From: Heterodontus francisci
Lineage: Eukaryota
NCBI RefSeq assembly: GCF_036365525.1
Contig: NC_090373.1
Span: 64,238,441 to 64,302,440, forward strand
DNA: 64,000 nt
Reading direction: 5' to 3'
Shown here: piece by piece, positions 37,260-50,049 of the stretch
How positions within the stretch are numbered: position 1 is the stretch's first letter
Layout of the letters: the number at the start of each line of letters is the position of its first letter
The notes under the pieces: generated by a model
The model's database searches: none
What the model was told of the DNA's origin: nothing
The model's input: the letters and a program-made list of their open reading frames with translations, nothing else
Translations under genes and position numbers: made by a program

Positions 37260-37620
37260 AAAGAAGCTGTTCATCAACAGAGCAGTAACTGCTTTAGATG
37301 GAAGCTTATTCCAGAGATACACTACAATAGAGGGTTGGGGAAATCCTTTCAAATTCCCTCCTTATATTTATATTTGTTTTCCTTTATTTTTGTCTACACA
37401 GTCCAAGTTTTTTTTAAATGTCCTTGCATTTATATTATCTATTTCTTTCAGTGTTTTAAAATCCTCTCAATCTTTTCTCCAATGGAACTGAGTTCAGCTT
37501 TGCGAATCATTTTTTTATCTCTTGGATCACAAATTCTTGGAATCACCTTGTCACTCTTCTCTGAAACTCTAACTGCATCAATGACCAAAAGTGCACACTC
37601 TCGGGGTTATTTGTCTAGAT
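37260..37620 (-). mobile_element. Old CR1 3' relic
   Basis: Minus strand 'ttcagagaagagtgacaagg' (QRRVTR), LEKRLRG and LWNKLP motifs. Confidence 0.6.
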
Positions 37621-38707
37621 TCTGCTGGTGGTGTAGATCTGCTCTACTTGAGACTGCAGATGGGAGATAGGCCGATAACAGTAGGGGTAAATTTTAATTC
37701 CCGGTCATAAACACAACAAGATGAGAGTTTGGCCCATCCAGGAATTGTAGCAGGGAGGCATGACCTGTATGAACAGCTGGGCCTCACTAACATGCCCCTT
37801 GCTAATTTCCTGACCAAAACAGCTAGTGACCAGTGGAAAGTGGCTCCTTAGATTAAGGTTGATGTAAGCAGTGAGATTAGTAAATGTAAACTGTTCCTTT
37901 ATAATAGCTGGCTGGTGTTACATGCAGTAAGACTGATAAGGCAATACATCACCACAATGTTTTTGTTAGGGAGAATGTAAAGCAAGAAAAGACAGTCAAC
38001 AGAGAGGTCAGTGGATAAAAGTAAGGCAAAATGGTTGGAGAGTTAAAGGGTTCAGTGAAGTAATACAGGGAATAAAAGTGCCAAAAAAGTTCAATTAAAT
38101 GTGTTTCTGAGAACTGGAAGGGCAAAATCACTGAGGAACACTGTAATCTGAGACAAAAATGGAAAATTAGTGGGTTTTTTCTTCATTCTTGGAATGTGGG
38201 CATTGTTGTCAATACTGGGATTTATTTCCCATCACTAATTATCCTGGGATGGTGGTGGTGGGCTTTCTTCTTGATGCTACTGAGTGGCTGGCTGGGCCAC
38301 TTCAGAGAACAATTTAGAGTCAACCATGCTGGTGTGGATCTGGAGTCACATATAAGCCAGAACAGGTGAGAACAGCAGGTTTGTTTCCCTAAATGACAAT
38401 AGTGAACTATTTGGGCTTTTGCAACAATCCAACCGCTCCATGCTCACTTTTATGAAAACTAGTTTTTGGAGATGATGATGTTCATAAGGCATTACTGTGG
38501 CTGTTCTTCTCAGTGGCAGGGCTAGTAGACACTGTTGGAGTAAACTAGGTGAGTTGCTGAATCCTACAGATAGTACATACTGCAGCCATGGTGCTCCAAG
38601 ATTGTTTCTTCATTCCAACTATGAAATTATCAATGTGATCTGATTGATATTTAATATCAATCTAATATTTAATAATGATCCAGGTACGATATTTGAGATA
38701 GAACAAG

Positions 38708-39556
38708 GGCCTGGATTTTACAGTCCCCCCAATGTCGGGGGTTGTGGCAGAGAGGGCCAGAAAATGCCTCCGGCAGAGGCCCATCACGGGCTTCGATGCC
38801 AGGAGGCCCAGCCCAATATTGCTGGCAGCGGTGAGGCCTCGTGGCGGCCTCCCAACTGCTCGGCGCCGGAAGGCAAATATAAATATGCAAAATAATGTTA
38901 ATGACTGAATGAATTACTTACCCACTCCTGCCGTCCGTTCCACAGCGATATTTCTGCTGGTGGCCGGCACTTCTGTGCCTTCGGATACCCATTCTGGGAT
39001 TCGATGAGGGACACTGGTGGGGATGGGGAAGCAGGTAAGTATTTCAGTGCAGGACGGCGGGGGGAGCAGCATCAGAGTGATTGGATTGGTGTAGGGGCTG
39101 GTGAGAAGGGGTAAAGATTAAAGTTTGTGAACTTTGGGGGAGGAAGGTCAGGTGCACAAGGTAAGTATTTTGGGGGGGGTGGGTGGAGAGGGCAAGGAAT
39201 TAATTGTATGGTTATTGGGGGGAGGGAGAGGGGCTAGAAACATTTATTTAATTTCTTTGAATAAATTTTACATCACTATCTCTTTAAAAATTTAAATGAA
39301 ATGGAAGGGCTCAAAGCCCTTTAAAAATGGTGTCGGCGTCTGCGCAATGGCGCCTAACGTTATTGCTGGGGACAGACCACCTGTCCCCTCCATGTCATCG
39401 GGGTGGGGGCGGGGGCGGGGGCGGTCCACCCTGGCCATTTAAGTGAGCCGCCGTGTTTAATATCGTAGGAGCTCTGCAATGTATGGTCCGCATGTGCAGG
39501 CCGCCTTGTTTACTGCCACCGTCGATTTCGGCGGCGGCAATGTAAAAATCCAGCTC
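38708..39556. mobile_element. GC-rich Harbinger-type MITE
   Basis: TIRs ggcctggattttac...gtaaaaatccagctc; TSD aag/aag; inverted homolog of 5832-6545. Confidence 0.85.
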
Positions 39557-40289
39557 AAGGGCAGCATCGATGATCCAATGATCATAGTATTGTCAGAACT
39601 GGAATTTTCATAAAATTTACCAACAGAACAAAAATGATGAACTTTAGTGGAACAAACCTCAATAAATTAGGGGAAAAAAGGTTCATGTGAATACAATGAT
39701 GGTTAAGGAATCGACAGTATAAAGTTGAAAACAGTGGGTAGCCACTAAAGGAGAACTTATCAGGTTGAAACTGTTTTTAAGTCGGATATCTCATGAATTG
39801 GTTGTGGAATTCTAATGACTTTTAGTATACTAGTCAATGCAATGGTGTTGCACATGGGGAGTCAACACCAAGTATAAGTGAAGCAGGGTTACAGTTCAGG
39901 ATGTGCAGACATAATTTAATTCCCCAAATCATATATTCTGCCTTTATTTCTAAATAACATTTTGAGTTATTATTATTTATAGTTAAATAGAAAAACTGTT
40001 TGCAGTTTTGAAAACAGAAATAGGGCTAATTGGAGCATAACAGTTTCTCTGTAGTACAGGCTGAGGAGCTGGAAGATGCAGAACTGAGGCAATATAATGG
40101 CACCATTGATGGACGGGTGTAATTACAGTGTGAGACATTTACACAGCAGTTTCCCCTACAAATTTATAATTTTAAAAAAACTGACACAAAAGTATAACAA
40201 CCATTTGACAACAGGAAAAAAGATTTTGTAGATGAAAAGTGCATGTAGTCATAAGATTATGTTAGAGATGAATGACTTTAACAAGATTT

Positions 40290-40900
40290 TAATGATTAGG
40301 TCCTACAAGTTTGCAGATTAAATTAATATAGGAGGTAGAATAAATAATTGGAAACTATGCAACCAAATGAAGAGACAGCATTTCAATTGGAGAACATTCC
40401 AACCAGAGACCAAAATTTCTCAGTGCATAAAGTGTAGCAAAACCATAAACCCATTCTCTGAAATTAATTAAGGTTAATTATTTCTAACTGCCCTGCTCAG
40501 ATTCAGAAATATTTAGATTTTTAATACAGCCAGACCAATATATCACAGGTATAATTCAATAAGTATAAAATAATTAGCACGGAAATAATGAAGCAAGGAA
40601 GTATAGAGGGTAAATTGGTCAATGGAAAAGAAAATCGGGCATGGTATAAAACTGGCTGACAATTTGCTATCAGCACTATTAATGCAGTCAGGTATTATAG
40701 TGGATACTGCAACTGCAGCTAAAATGGCAAATAAGTTAGTGGTTTGCATTGAAAAAGGATAAACTACTAATCAAATAAGCTTGTGTTACTTCTTTATAAA
40801 ACCCTGGCCTAACCCTATCTGTGCTTTAAGCAGTTCTGCTTACCTCATTGTTAGAGGGTACACAGGCTAACAACAAAAATGATTCCAGATAATAGGGTCT
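40290..40900 (+). mobile_element. Ancient CR1 RT relic
   Basis: aagtttgcagat (KFAD); AAKMANKLV.CI.KG; LLYKTLA remnants. Confidence 0.5.
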
Positions 40901-41019
40901 AAAATTTCTTCAACATGTGGTATGTTGCTGTTGCCCTTTCAAACAAAAGTATTTGTGCCCACCGGTGGCCTGCACAGGAGGTTACACCTAGGTTTCTTGG
41001 GTCAATTATTTGCATTCTC

Positions 41020-41620
41020 ATTGCTGTAGCCAAGGGGATTGTGGCATAAGAGTAAAGACATTTTACTTAAATTATATAGGGCCTTGGTGAGACTGCACCT
41101 GGAGTACTATATACAGTTTTGGTCTCCTAACCTAAGGAAGTATATACTTGCATTCAAGTAAGTGTAACAAAGGTTCAGTAGACTGATTCCTGGGATGAGG
41201 GGATTATTCTATGAGGCGAGATTGAGTAGACTATATTCCCTGGAATTCAGAAGAACAAGAGGTGATCTCAGTGAAACATACAAAATTCTTGATGGCTTCG
41301 GCAGGGTAGATGCTTGCCCCGGCTGGGGAACCAGAAACTAGAGGTCACAGCCTCAGAAAAAGGATTTGGCCATTTAGGACTAAGGAGAAATTTCTTCACT
41401 CAGAGGCTTGGTAATCTTTGGAATTCTCTTCTCCAGAGTGCTGTGGATGCTCAGTTATTGAATGTATTCAAGACAGAGATCGATAGATTTTTGGATACTA
41501 AAGGAATCAAAGGATATGGAGATAGAGTGGGAAGGTGGAGTGGAGATACACGATCTTATTGAATGATGGAGCAGTCTCAAAGAGCCGAATAGCCTACTCT
41601 TGTTCCTATGGCTTATGTTC
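41020..41620 (+). mobile_element. CR1 3' part
   Basis: LYRALVRLHLEY; RRNFFTQRLGNLWNSL...EIDRFLDTKGIKGYG; CR1 tail. Confidence 0.88.
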
Positions 41621-41624
41621 TTAT

Positions 41625-43200
41625 GAGACCTGGAGTCAAGTGGTTCTGGTAGAACCCAATTTGAGCATTGTTGAGCAGGTTATTGGTGAGTAAGTTCCAA
41701 TTGATAGCATGGATTTGATAGCATTTTATAGCATGGATTACTTCCAATGATTTACTGATAACTGAGCGTAGACTGTTCGGGTAGTAATTGGCTGGGTTAG
41801 ATTTGGCCATTGTTTTGTAGACAGGACATATCTGGTCAATTGTCCACATTGACAAGGGGACGTCAGTGATGTAGTTGTACTGGAACAGCATAGCTAAGTA
41901 GAAGACTCATTCCAGAACAGAGACATTCAGCACGACAGTCAGAATACTGTGTAAAGGCTCAGCCATTTCTTGATGCCACATGGAGTGAGTCGAATTGGTG
42001 AAGACTGGCATCTGTGATAGTGGGTGTCTCAGGAGGAGGCCTGAAGGAACATCCACCCAGCAGTCCTGGCTGGAGACGGCCGCAATCATGTCAGCCTTTT
42101 CTTTTTGCACGAACATGCTGAGCTCCACCATTGGTGAGGATGAGGATGTTCATGGAACTGCCTCTTCCTGTTATTTGCTTCATTGTCCACCATCATTCGC
42201 AACTGCAAACAGCAGAACTGCAGAAATTTGACCTGTTCCATTGACTGTAGGATCGATTAACTCTGTCTATAACATGCTGCTTCTGCTGTTTATCATTCAT
42301 TGTAAGCTGTAGCTTTACAAGGTTGGCACCTCATTATCAGGTATGCCTGGCGCTGCTCTTGGTCTGTTGTCCTACACTCCTCATTGAACCAGTTTTGGTC
42401 ACCTGGCCTGATGGTAATGGTAATAAGTATGGGATATGCTGGACCATGAGATTACAGACTGTTGTGGAATACAATTCTGCAGCTGTGGTTGGTGCAAAGC
42501 ACCTTTATGGATAACCAATTTTGAAGTGCTAGATATGTTCATAATCTATCACACTCAGCTCATAACACAATGGAGAATGCCCTCAGTGTGAAGACAGAAA
42601 AATTGGGTGGATATTCCTAGCAATGCTGTCATAGACACATAGATCTGCAATAAGTAGATTGGTGAGGATGTGGTAAAGCAGCTTAGTTCATCACATTATG
42701 ATCATCTGTCATAGGCTTAGTCTGGCAGCTATATCCCTGAGGACTTGGCCAGCTCTGTGAGTGGTACTACTATAATGCAGCTCATTATGATGGATATTAA
42801 AACCCTCCAAACAAAGTACAATCTCGGTCATTGCTACCGTCAGTGCTTCCTCTAAGTGGTGTTCAACATGGAAGACTATTGATTCATTTGCTGAGGGAGG
42901 GCGGTAGGTAGTAATCAACAGCAGAATTCCATGCCCATGTTTGACCTGAAGCCAAGAGACTTCATGGGTTCTGAGGTAAATGCCGAGGAGTCCAATGGCC
43001 ACTTCCACTCGACTGTATAACTTGCACCCCCACTTCTGGTGGTTCTGTCCTGCCAGTGGGATAGGACATACCCAGGGAAAGTGATGGAGGAGTTTGGGAC
43101 TTTAGCTGAAAGGTATGATTCTGGGTCTTTGACTGTCAGGCTGTTGTTGGACTAGTCTGTGGGACAGCTCTTCCAACTTTGGCACCAGTCCAAATTAGAA
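41625..43200 (-). mobile_element. Degraded family B LINE (EN to RT N-terminus)
   Basis: HEVSWLQVKHGHGILLLITTYRPPS (EN) and KSNPANYYP.SL.SVISK (RT). Confidence 0.8.
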
Positions 43201-44014
43201 CCTTGCTGTTTGGCGGTGATGTCAGAAAGCACTTCTTCACACAAAGGTTAGTGGAAATCTGGAACTCTATACCACAAAAACCTGCTGAGGCTAGGTTAAT
43301 TGAAAATGGATAATTTAAAAGTACTAGTTATACAGTGAGTTTGACTCATTCGTTAGGATTATCTCACCCTCGTGCTTCAATAGGCTGACATTTCAGTGTA
43401 GTACCAAAGGAGTGTTGCATTGTGAGAAGAGATGATAAAGTGAGACTCTGGAGGTAATTTAAATGTCTCAGAATCGGTGGGTTTGGGTCAGATGGGAAGT
43501 TAAAATGTTAAAATCTGAAACAGGAACCCAACCCACCTCCAATCAGTGAACATACAGTTTTAATGGAGGGGGGATGAGGGGAGAGCGACCAATTCCATTT
43601 CAGGGGAAGGATCGGTCATTGAAACCTTTTAATGAGGCCGTGTATCTCTATTTTAACAGCAATTCTATTTTAACCACAGTTGGCCGGAGTACCCAGGCTT
43701 CAAGAAATGCAACAGTTAAAAAGAAGCAAAAAGGGATGAATCCATGAGGTAAGTGCATTTGCAGCACAGCTTGTGGGCTAGAAGGAGCAGGAGTGCTTCC
43801 TCCTGGCTCAACAAGCTCAGCTGTAAATCACCAACCCTTTCCACGATCTCTCCCTGACACCCCACATCACAGACCTCACCACAGGTTCCATCTGCGATCA
43901 CTGAATCTCCCCCAATCCTCCTTTGATCATTCTAGAACTCTCCTTTTCCCGATCTCTCCCTAATCGCACGATCTCTCCCTTCGATCTTTCTCTAGGTCCC
44001 CGACCATCTCGCCT

Positions 44015-44804
44015 GCAGTAAGTGAGACTAATGGCACTTTGCTCATGGCCATGGACGAGTGTTGTATTGAGTCACAACATTATATAGTGTGCACATAGAA
44101 CACTCCAAGAACTATAGATGGCAATTCCACGATAATGATTACGGTTGAGTCCATAAAGGGAGCTTTCAAGGTGATTCAGGCATCCCCAACCCAATGGTGT
44201 TTCCTGGTGGGTAAGAAGAGTTACCTCTAGGGAGGGTTGGTGTGTACAAAGTTTCCAAGTTTCAGACTCATTTACCTTGGAGGACTTTCACCTGGCAGGA
44301 AGAACCTTGACAGGTACGGTCTTCAGCCCTTGGTGGGATGATCAGCTGAATATAGACGACACACTAGGAAAGGCTGCTCGAGAAGCAAGAAAAAGGGCTT
44401 TGGCCACAATCATAGATCATATTAATCTGAGTCAGGAGGCCATCAAGCAGGAAAGGGTGGAGATGAAGTTAGCCAAGAGAATCACAAAGGTATTGGGGGA
44501 CTCAGCCAGTGCCAGCGCTGCAGTCGGCCGTATGCGATATAATTGGTGGGAAATAGGCAGAATGACTGTTGCTGTCACTTCAGTACTCATCCTGATCATC
44601 ACAGTGTGTATTTGCTGTTACCAAAGATTGATGGTGTCACACGCTGTGCAAATGGTAATAATGTCTAGTAAGGGGCACACTCCAGTGTCAGTCACCCCAA
44701 TACCACCCCCACAAAAGGGAAATCAAGACAACAGTTGTATCATTAATTTGATGTGGTGTCCCAAGCCTAGCTGGCAATCACTAGGATGTTTGGCAAAGCC
44801 GTAA
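44015..44804 (+). pseudogene. env/fusion-glycoprotein-like C-terminal remnant of an LTR retroelement
   Basis: Cys-rich segment with NGT and NST sequons (2 stops, 1 frameshift), then a helical region, NWWEIG, hydrophobic VAVTSVLILIITVCICC (TM) and a tail. Lies just upstream of a PPT and LTR. Confidence 0.6.
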
Positions 44805-44912
44805 GAGAACTTCAAATTGTTAGGATTTGATACTTACAGGAGTCCAGTAGGATCGCTGGACCACCCTGCCAGCAGAGAATCCTAGGGAATAGGTTGTACC
44901 TAGCTGGATCAG

Positions 44913-44989
44913 ATCCTGCTGAGTACTTCCAATATTTCTTGTTTTTATTTCAGATTTCCAGCATCCGCAGTATTTTGCTTTTATTATAT
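44913..44989 (+). mobile_element. Short Penelope-type fragment with 8-bp TSD
   Basis: cctgctgagtacttcca...tttcagatttccagcatccgcag flanked by tggatcag at 44905-44912 and 44990-44997. Confidence 0.7.
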
Positions 44990-45029
44990 TGGATCAGGTA
45001 GAATCTGTCCAGGGACCAACAGGAGGGGC

Positions 45030-45403
45030 TGATGGAGAAAACAAAAGGTTAATAGGGTTACTAAGGCTCACACAGCTGAAGTTGTTTTTCTTTACTGAAC
45101 CCTTTCCATCATGACGCTTTGTGTATCTGTAGTAAGAGATTAGAATTAGGGAGGGTGAAATTGCAAAGAAAACTAGTATTATAAAGTGTTGAAATGAAGT
45201 GTATAATCAATAGTAAGATAATCAAATATGGGCATATGAGTAACCAGCTGCATTAATTCCATGTAAAGTTAGTGTATAAATATCTCTGCTGTAACCTTGA
45301 TTTTCTTCGAGAGACTATGGCATCTCTCCCCTGCATGCTTGTAATAAGGATTTTTCTTAGTTCAGCTCACTCCTGATTCTGAAGTGGCTTTTGTCCCACA
45401 ACA
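45030..45403 (+). mobile_element. 3' LTR (374 bp) following the env-like remnant
   Basis: PPT aggagggg then c|tgatgg...cacaaca; TATAAA at ~45275; AATAAG (polyA-like) at ~45343. Confidence 0.7.
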
Positions 45404-45829
45404 ATTAGTATTTTGCCTATATATTCCCATCTTTTATGTCAATAGATCTAATTAATAATTTTAGACTGTGCTTGGTGATATAGTAGTGTAGTAGTTTCCA
45501 CCATCTGAGATGCTAGGATATCATCATGGACATCCTACATTTTCTCCAGTAAACAATTTAGCATGATTCAGTATTAATTGTTATGCTAATTAAACTCATG
45601 AGAGAATAATGTTTTTGGTTCAAAGAAGACTCAATTCTGTTTATAGAAACAATCATTTTGCCACTTGCATAAATAAATATGTTGGGTCAAATTTCAACAT
45701 TCATATCTCACTGTAAACCTCCAAAAGTTGGATTAATGCATGAAGTACAGATTATCAATTTCTTACATTAATCAGAAAATTGCATGAGATATTCTTAGAT
45801 CAATTTGGTCTCAGAAAAAAGTGGGAATT

Positions 45830-47010
45830 GCAGTTTTCTGGAACAATACATTGAGGAGCCAACTAAGGAACAGGCTATTTTAGTTCTGGGATTGAGAAAT
45901 TAGGCAAGATTAATAAGTGATCTTATAGTTAAAGATCCTCTGAAGAAGCATGGTCATAATATGATAGAATTTCATATTAGGTTCGAGAGTGATGTGGTAA
46001 ATTATGAAATTAGGGTCTTAAATGTAAACTTTTAATTTAAAATTTAAGGCCATTTACAGAGGTATGAGAGGCAGGTTGGGGAAGTTGATTGGGATATTAA
46101 GTTAAAAGACATAATGATAGATAAGCAATGTAAAACATTTTTTTTTAATTGATAATTCTCAACAAATATCCAGTCCTTTGAGGAATAATAGCCCTCCTGG
46201 AAAAAAAAGTGTCCGACAGTGGCCAAGTAGAGAAGTTAAGGATAGCATTAGAGTAAAAGAAGAAGCTTACAATGATGCCAAAAAGAGAACAAGTTCCTGA
46301 AAGCTTCCACTTGCTCTTTACCACATGGACTGCAGTAGTGACTCACCACCACTTTCTCAAGGGCAGTTTGGAATGGGCAAGAAATGTTGGCTTTGCCAGC
46401 AATGTTCATATCCCAGGGACGAAGAGCAAAAAAAAAGGTAATAAAGATTGGAGGGGGGCGGTGGGGTGGGGGGAGAAAGGTTTAAAAGTCAGCAAAGGAT
46501 GACATAGGAACATAGGAAGATAGGAACAGGAGTAGGCCATTCAGCCCCTCGAGCCTGGCCCGCCATTCAATGAGATCATGGCTGATCTGCGGCCTAACTC
46601 CATATACCTGCCTTTGGCCCATATCCCTTAATATCTTTGCTTAACAAAAATCTATCTATCTCAGACTTAAAATTAACAACTGTTCTAGCTTCAACTGCGG
46701 TTTGTGGGAAAGAGTTCCAAACCTCTACCACCCTTTGCATGAAGAAGTGCTTCCTAACATCTCTCCTGAACAGTCTGGTCCTAATTTTTCGCCCCATAGT
46801 TTTAGAATCTCCAACCAGTGGAAATAGTTTATCTTTATCTAGCCTATCTTTTCCTGTTAATGTCTTAAAGACCAAGAAATTGGTAAAACAGGAAGAAAAT
46901 AGAATGATAGTAAACTAGTAACAGACATAAAAGCAGTTTATAAAAGCTTCTAAAGATATGTAAAAAGGAAGAGATTAGCAAAATGAATTATGTGTCCCTT
47001 AGAGACAGAG
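45830..47010 (+). mobile_element. Degraded CR1 (EN end and linker) with a younger minus-strand CR1 3' end at ~46503-46870
   Basis: EEPTKEQAIL..., HNMIEF, FYRYVKRKRLA-like remnants; the insert encodes RRDVRKHFFMQRVVEVWNS. Confidence 0.75.
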
Positions 47011-47565
47011 GCTGGGATATTGTCCTGGTGTTAGGGGTCTCAAGCATTGGCAAAAGCACCTGCAAGATCCCTGCATCATCTCCTCTGGGGAAGGCCCGCC
47101 AAATTAAACCCTTAACTGGACAGTGGTGGACCTTCCCTGGGATCAAGGACCCCAGCGACTGATGTCCCACCTGTTGAGAGCTGTCCGCCAATCTGAGGCT
47201 GCAGTTCTTTAACTGAGTAGCGCCACCGTAGAGGCGGTGGCTGCTGTCAATAGAGCACTCACTCAAGGCCCTGGAATCAGGTCACAGGCAAGTCAGGGTT
47301 TCACAGGGTGGGGGTTGTGGGGCAGGGGTGTGTAGCAGGGTCAGCAGCAAGGGCGGGGTGGGTGGCTCTCAACAGGCTCTCCCCTTCCCAATGCAGGGTC
47401 CCTCGTTCAGGTACTAAGTGCCTTGTAATGAGGGACCTCCACCCAAAGCCGGAAAGCAACCCGCATGGGTTTGCTTGGCGTGTTCCCCGTGCAATGACAG
47501 GCCTGCCCATTGCTGGGCTAATACCAGCGGTGACAGGATGAGGCCCTTAATTGGGCATTAAATGC
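47010..47565. mobile_element. Partial GC-rich MITE
   Basis: Homologous to 15760-16478 (ggggtct..acat.gg, agagctg..gccaatc, actaagtgcctt). Confidence 0.7.
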
Positions 47566-48122
47566 TCAGGAGTAGGGTACAGGATAAATATTTCTTTCTG
47601 TCTTACATCCAGTGGCATTAAAGACAATTTTAGCACCTTTGTTACCACTTCAACTGAAACAAATTAACTCAGCACAGACCAGGAAGTGAACCTAGAAGCT
47701 TCCATTTCCTGTATGACTTTTACCCACTGAATTATTACGTTGTTACAGAAAGCAAAAAATGTAACACTGTCTGAGTCTTTTTTCTAAGCGTAATTTCCCA
47801 ATTTTTTAAGTACAATGCACAAAACAAAATAAAGTGGATATTAAGCATCACTTGTTATAATCTGTATCATAGACATCAACTAATTGAAGAAAAAAGATTA
47901 TAACCACTGTGATGTCTCTTGGGACTAGAGTGAGGTTTAGCCAAGTTTATTATAAGATATGTGAAACAGAGACTACAGGCTGTTGAGCATAAAGGCTTCT
48001 TCTTTGTTCTGTTTTACTTTCACTTTTCCTTTGCTCGCATGTGTGTCTATGGCAGCCTCAATTTAATTTCAAAACACTACAATGCACCATCCCTCCCCTT
48101 CTTAGTAAATGAGAGACATAGC

Positions 48123-48871
48123 AGCTGGAATTTTACGCCCCCTCCCCCAAAGAGCGGGATGATGTTGGGGGGGTGTCATAAGATGGAGCGGGAGGCTCAG
48201 GGGATCCTTCTCGAACCTCTCCCGCCTCCACCACCACTTTATGTAGGGCGGGGGCGGCAAAAAGCACCCCACCCACCCCAGGACAATCAAGACCCTTAAG
48301 TGGCCAGTTAACATCCACTTAAGTGCCTCTGCCTGCCGCCACTGAGATTTTACCCTTGGCTGGCGGGTATTCTAGGCTCGAGAAAAGCCACCTGTTAAAG
48401 GTAGGCGGCATTCTGACGATCTGGGGGTGGGGGGCGGCCTCCTGATCAGGCACCCTGTGCCCAATGGAGGGCCACCCCTGATGTCCCAATCACCCCCAAT
48501 GCCTAACACACCCCTGTCCCCTCTATTGACCACCCTTGCCTCACAGGGGCCTGACCGATTGTCCTCAGCGAGGCCACAAAAACTTACCCGTTCTCCGGGC
48601 TCCCCAGCATCTTCAGCTGGGTTGCAGTCCCAGCAGTGGCCACCGCTCCTGATAAAACTGCTGGGAGAGACAGCTGCCAGTCAATCAGAGGCCAGGCAGC
48701 TCCATTAGGCGGGATGTCCTGCCTCAATGAGGTGGAAGTCCTGCCTCAGACCAATTAAAGGCCTGGGGACCACAAAATGCGGTCCGGATCCCCAGGCCAG
48801 GTGGAGGCGGGCTCGTCACTGACTTTTTAGTCAGTGGATGGCTCCCATTCGCCGAGGGAAAAATTCCGGCC
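48123..48871. mobile_element. GC-rich Harbinger-type MITE in the Gypsy 3' UTR
   Basis: TIRs agctggaatttt...aaaattccggcc; TSD agc/agc. Confidence 0.85.
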
Positions 48872-49240
48872 AGCATGTTTCAATGGTTGCTTCCAAAACT
48901 GTAAACAATAAACTTAAAAGTAAATAGTTCACTTCCTAGCATAGTCACTTAAGTATGGTGAGCATTTTCTCTCATGAGTAGGATATCGTCTGACATCAGA
49001 TGTAATCTCATTTGACTCATATTCTTCATCTGAGGTGTCGATGTTGGAATCGTATTCAATGCTTGCAAGTGCTGTTTTCAGTGCTTTGAAGAATGACCCA
49101 TCTCTTATCATGATTTGTGAACCGCGTTTAGCAGTGATCATTGATCCTTTAGTGTTGGTCACAATAAATGGTTGGATGTCAGAAGGGGTTGCTTGCTTTC
49201 CAACATAACCATCACATTTCACAAGTACTTTATCTCCTGG

Positions 49241-50049
49241 TTGTCCCCCACCTGCCAAGAATGAGGCACACATTATTTCGCCACATGAACATTAAAAACT
49301 TTAAAATGTTGCTGGGAAGAAAAGAGAGCCTATCACAAGGAATTGCCAGGCCCCTCGTCGGAAAGACCTTTTTTGAATACTAGCAGACAGTGTTGGAACA
49401 AAGGACCCAGTCCCTGTTTCTCCAATACACAGAAGTCCTGGTCAGACCAGTTTAGTCATATGACTAACTGGCTGTTTGAATTTGAACTTGCCACAGAGTG
49501 TTTGAAACTCAGAAAGTGTTTGCTCCTGGATTGAGAACACCTCTCTCCTGTCTGCTCTCATCTTGCTCTCACCAGCTTTGGAAACCATTGAAGACATATG
49601 AGCCCCAAGAGAGAAATGTCTCCTACAGTGAATAAGGTTTAAGAAGAATACTGGGCCCCAACGAAAAGCAAATCTACCTACGATCAAGGACTACAGCGAG
49701 TTCAGAGCACAGTAAAAACCCCTCTTCAGAGATTGCCTCAAACCTCTCCATTTTATTTTTCTTCTGCTTTTTTCTGTTCCTATTTGCATGTGTATATCAC
49801 GTATGCATGCTAGCGTGGGGCACAGCGTGTATCTGTAGGTGTTAACCAAATTAGAGTTTAAGTTTAAGGTTGAATAAATTTCACTTTTCTTCTTTAAATC
49901 TAAGAAAGCCTGTTTATGCTCATTTCTTTGCCTTAAGGAAAGTGGGGAACAAGGATTCACCAAGGGGGAGCTCAACACACAGGGTGTTTAAAATTAAACC
50001 CTGTTACAATAAGACCAGATAAAGACACCTTTCTCACCTGGTCGTAACA
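49241..50049 (+). mobile_element. Solo LTR inserted antisense in the Gypsy integrase C-terminus
   Basis: 5-bp direct repeat cctgg at 49236-49240 and 50050-50054; ends ctcacctggtcgtaaca; removal restores PFKPGDKVLVK. Confidence 0.85.

Noticed and set aside
36906-37670. 254-aa plus-strand ORF
   Set aside because: Antisense read-through across adjacent minus-strand L1 and CR1 relics.
40045-40125. Candidate exon tttctctgtag|TACAGGCTGAGGAG... (QAEELEDAELRQYNGTIDGRV*)
   Set aside because: Isolated, unrecognised peptide beside ancient CR1 debris; cannot be supported without RNA-seq.
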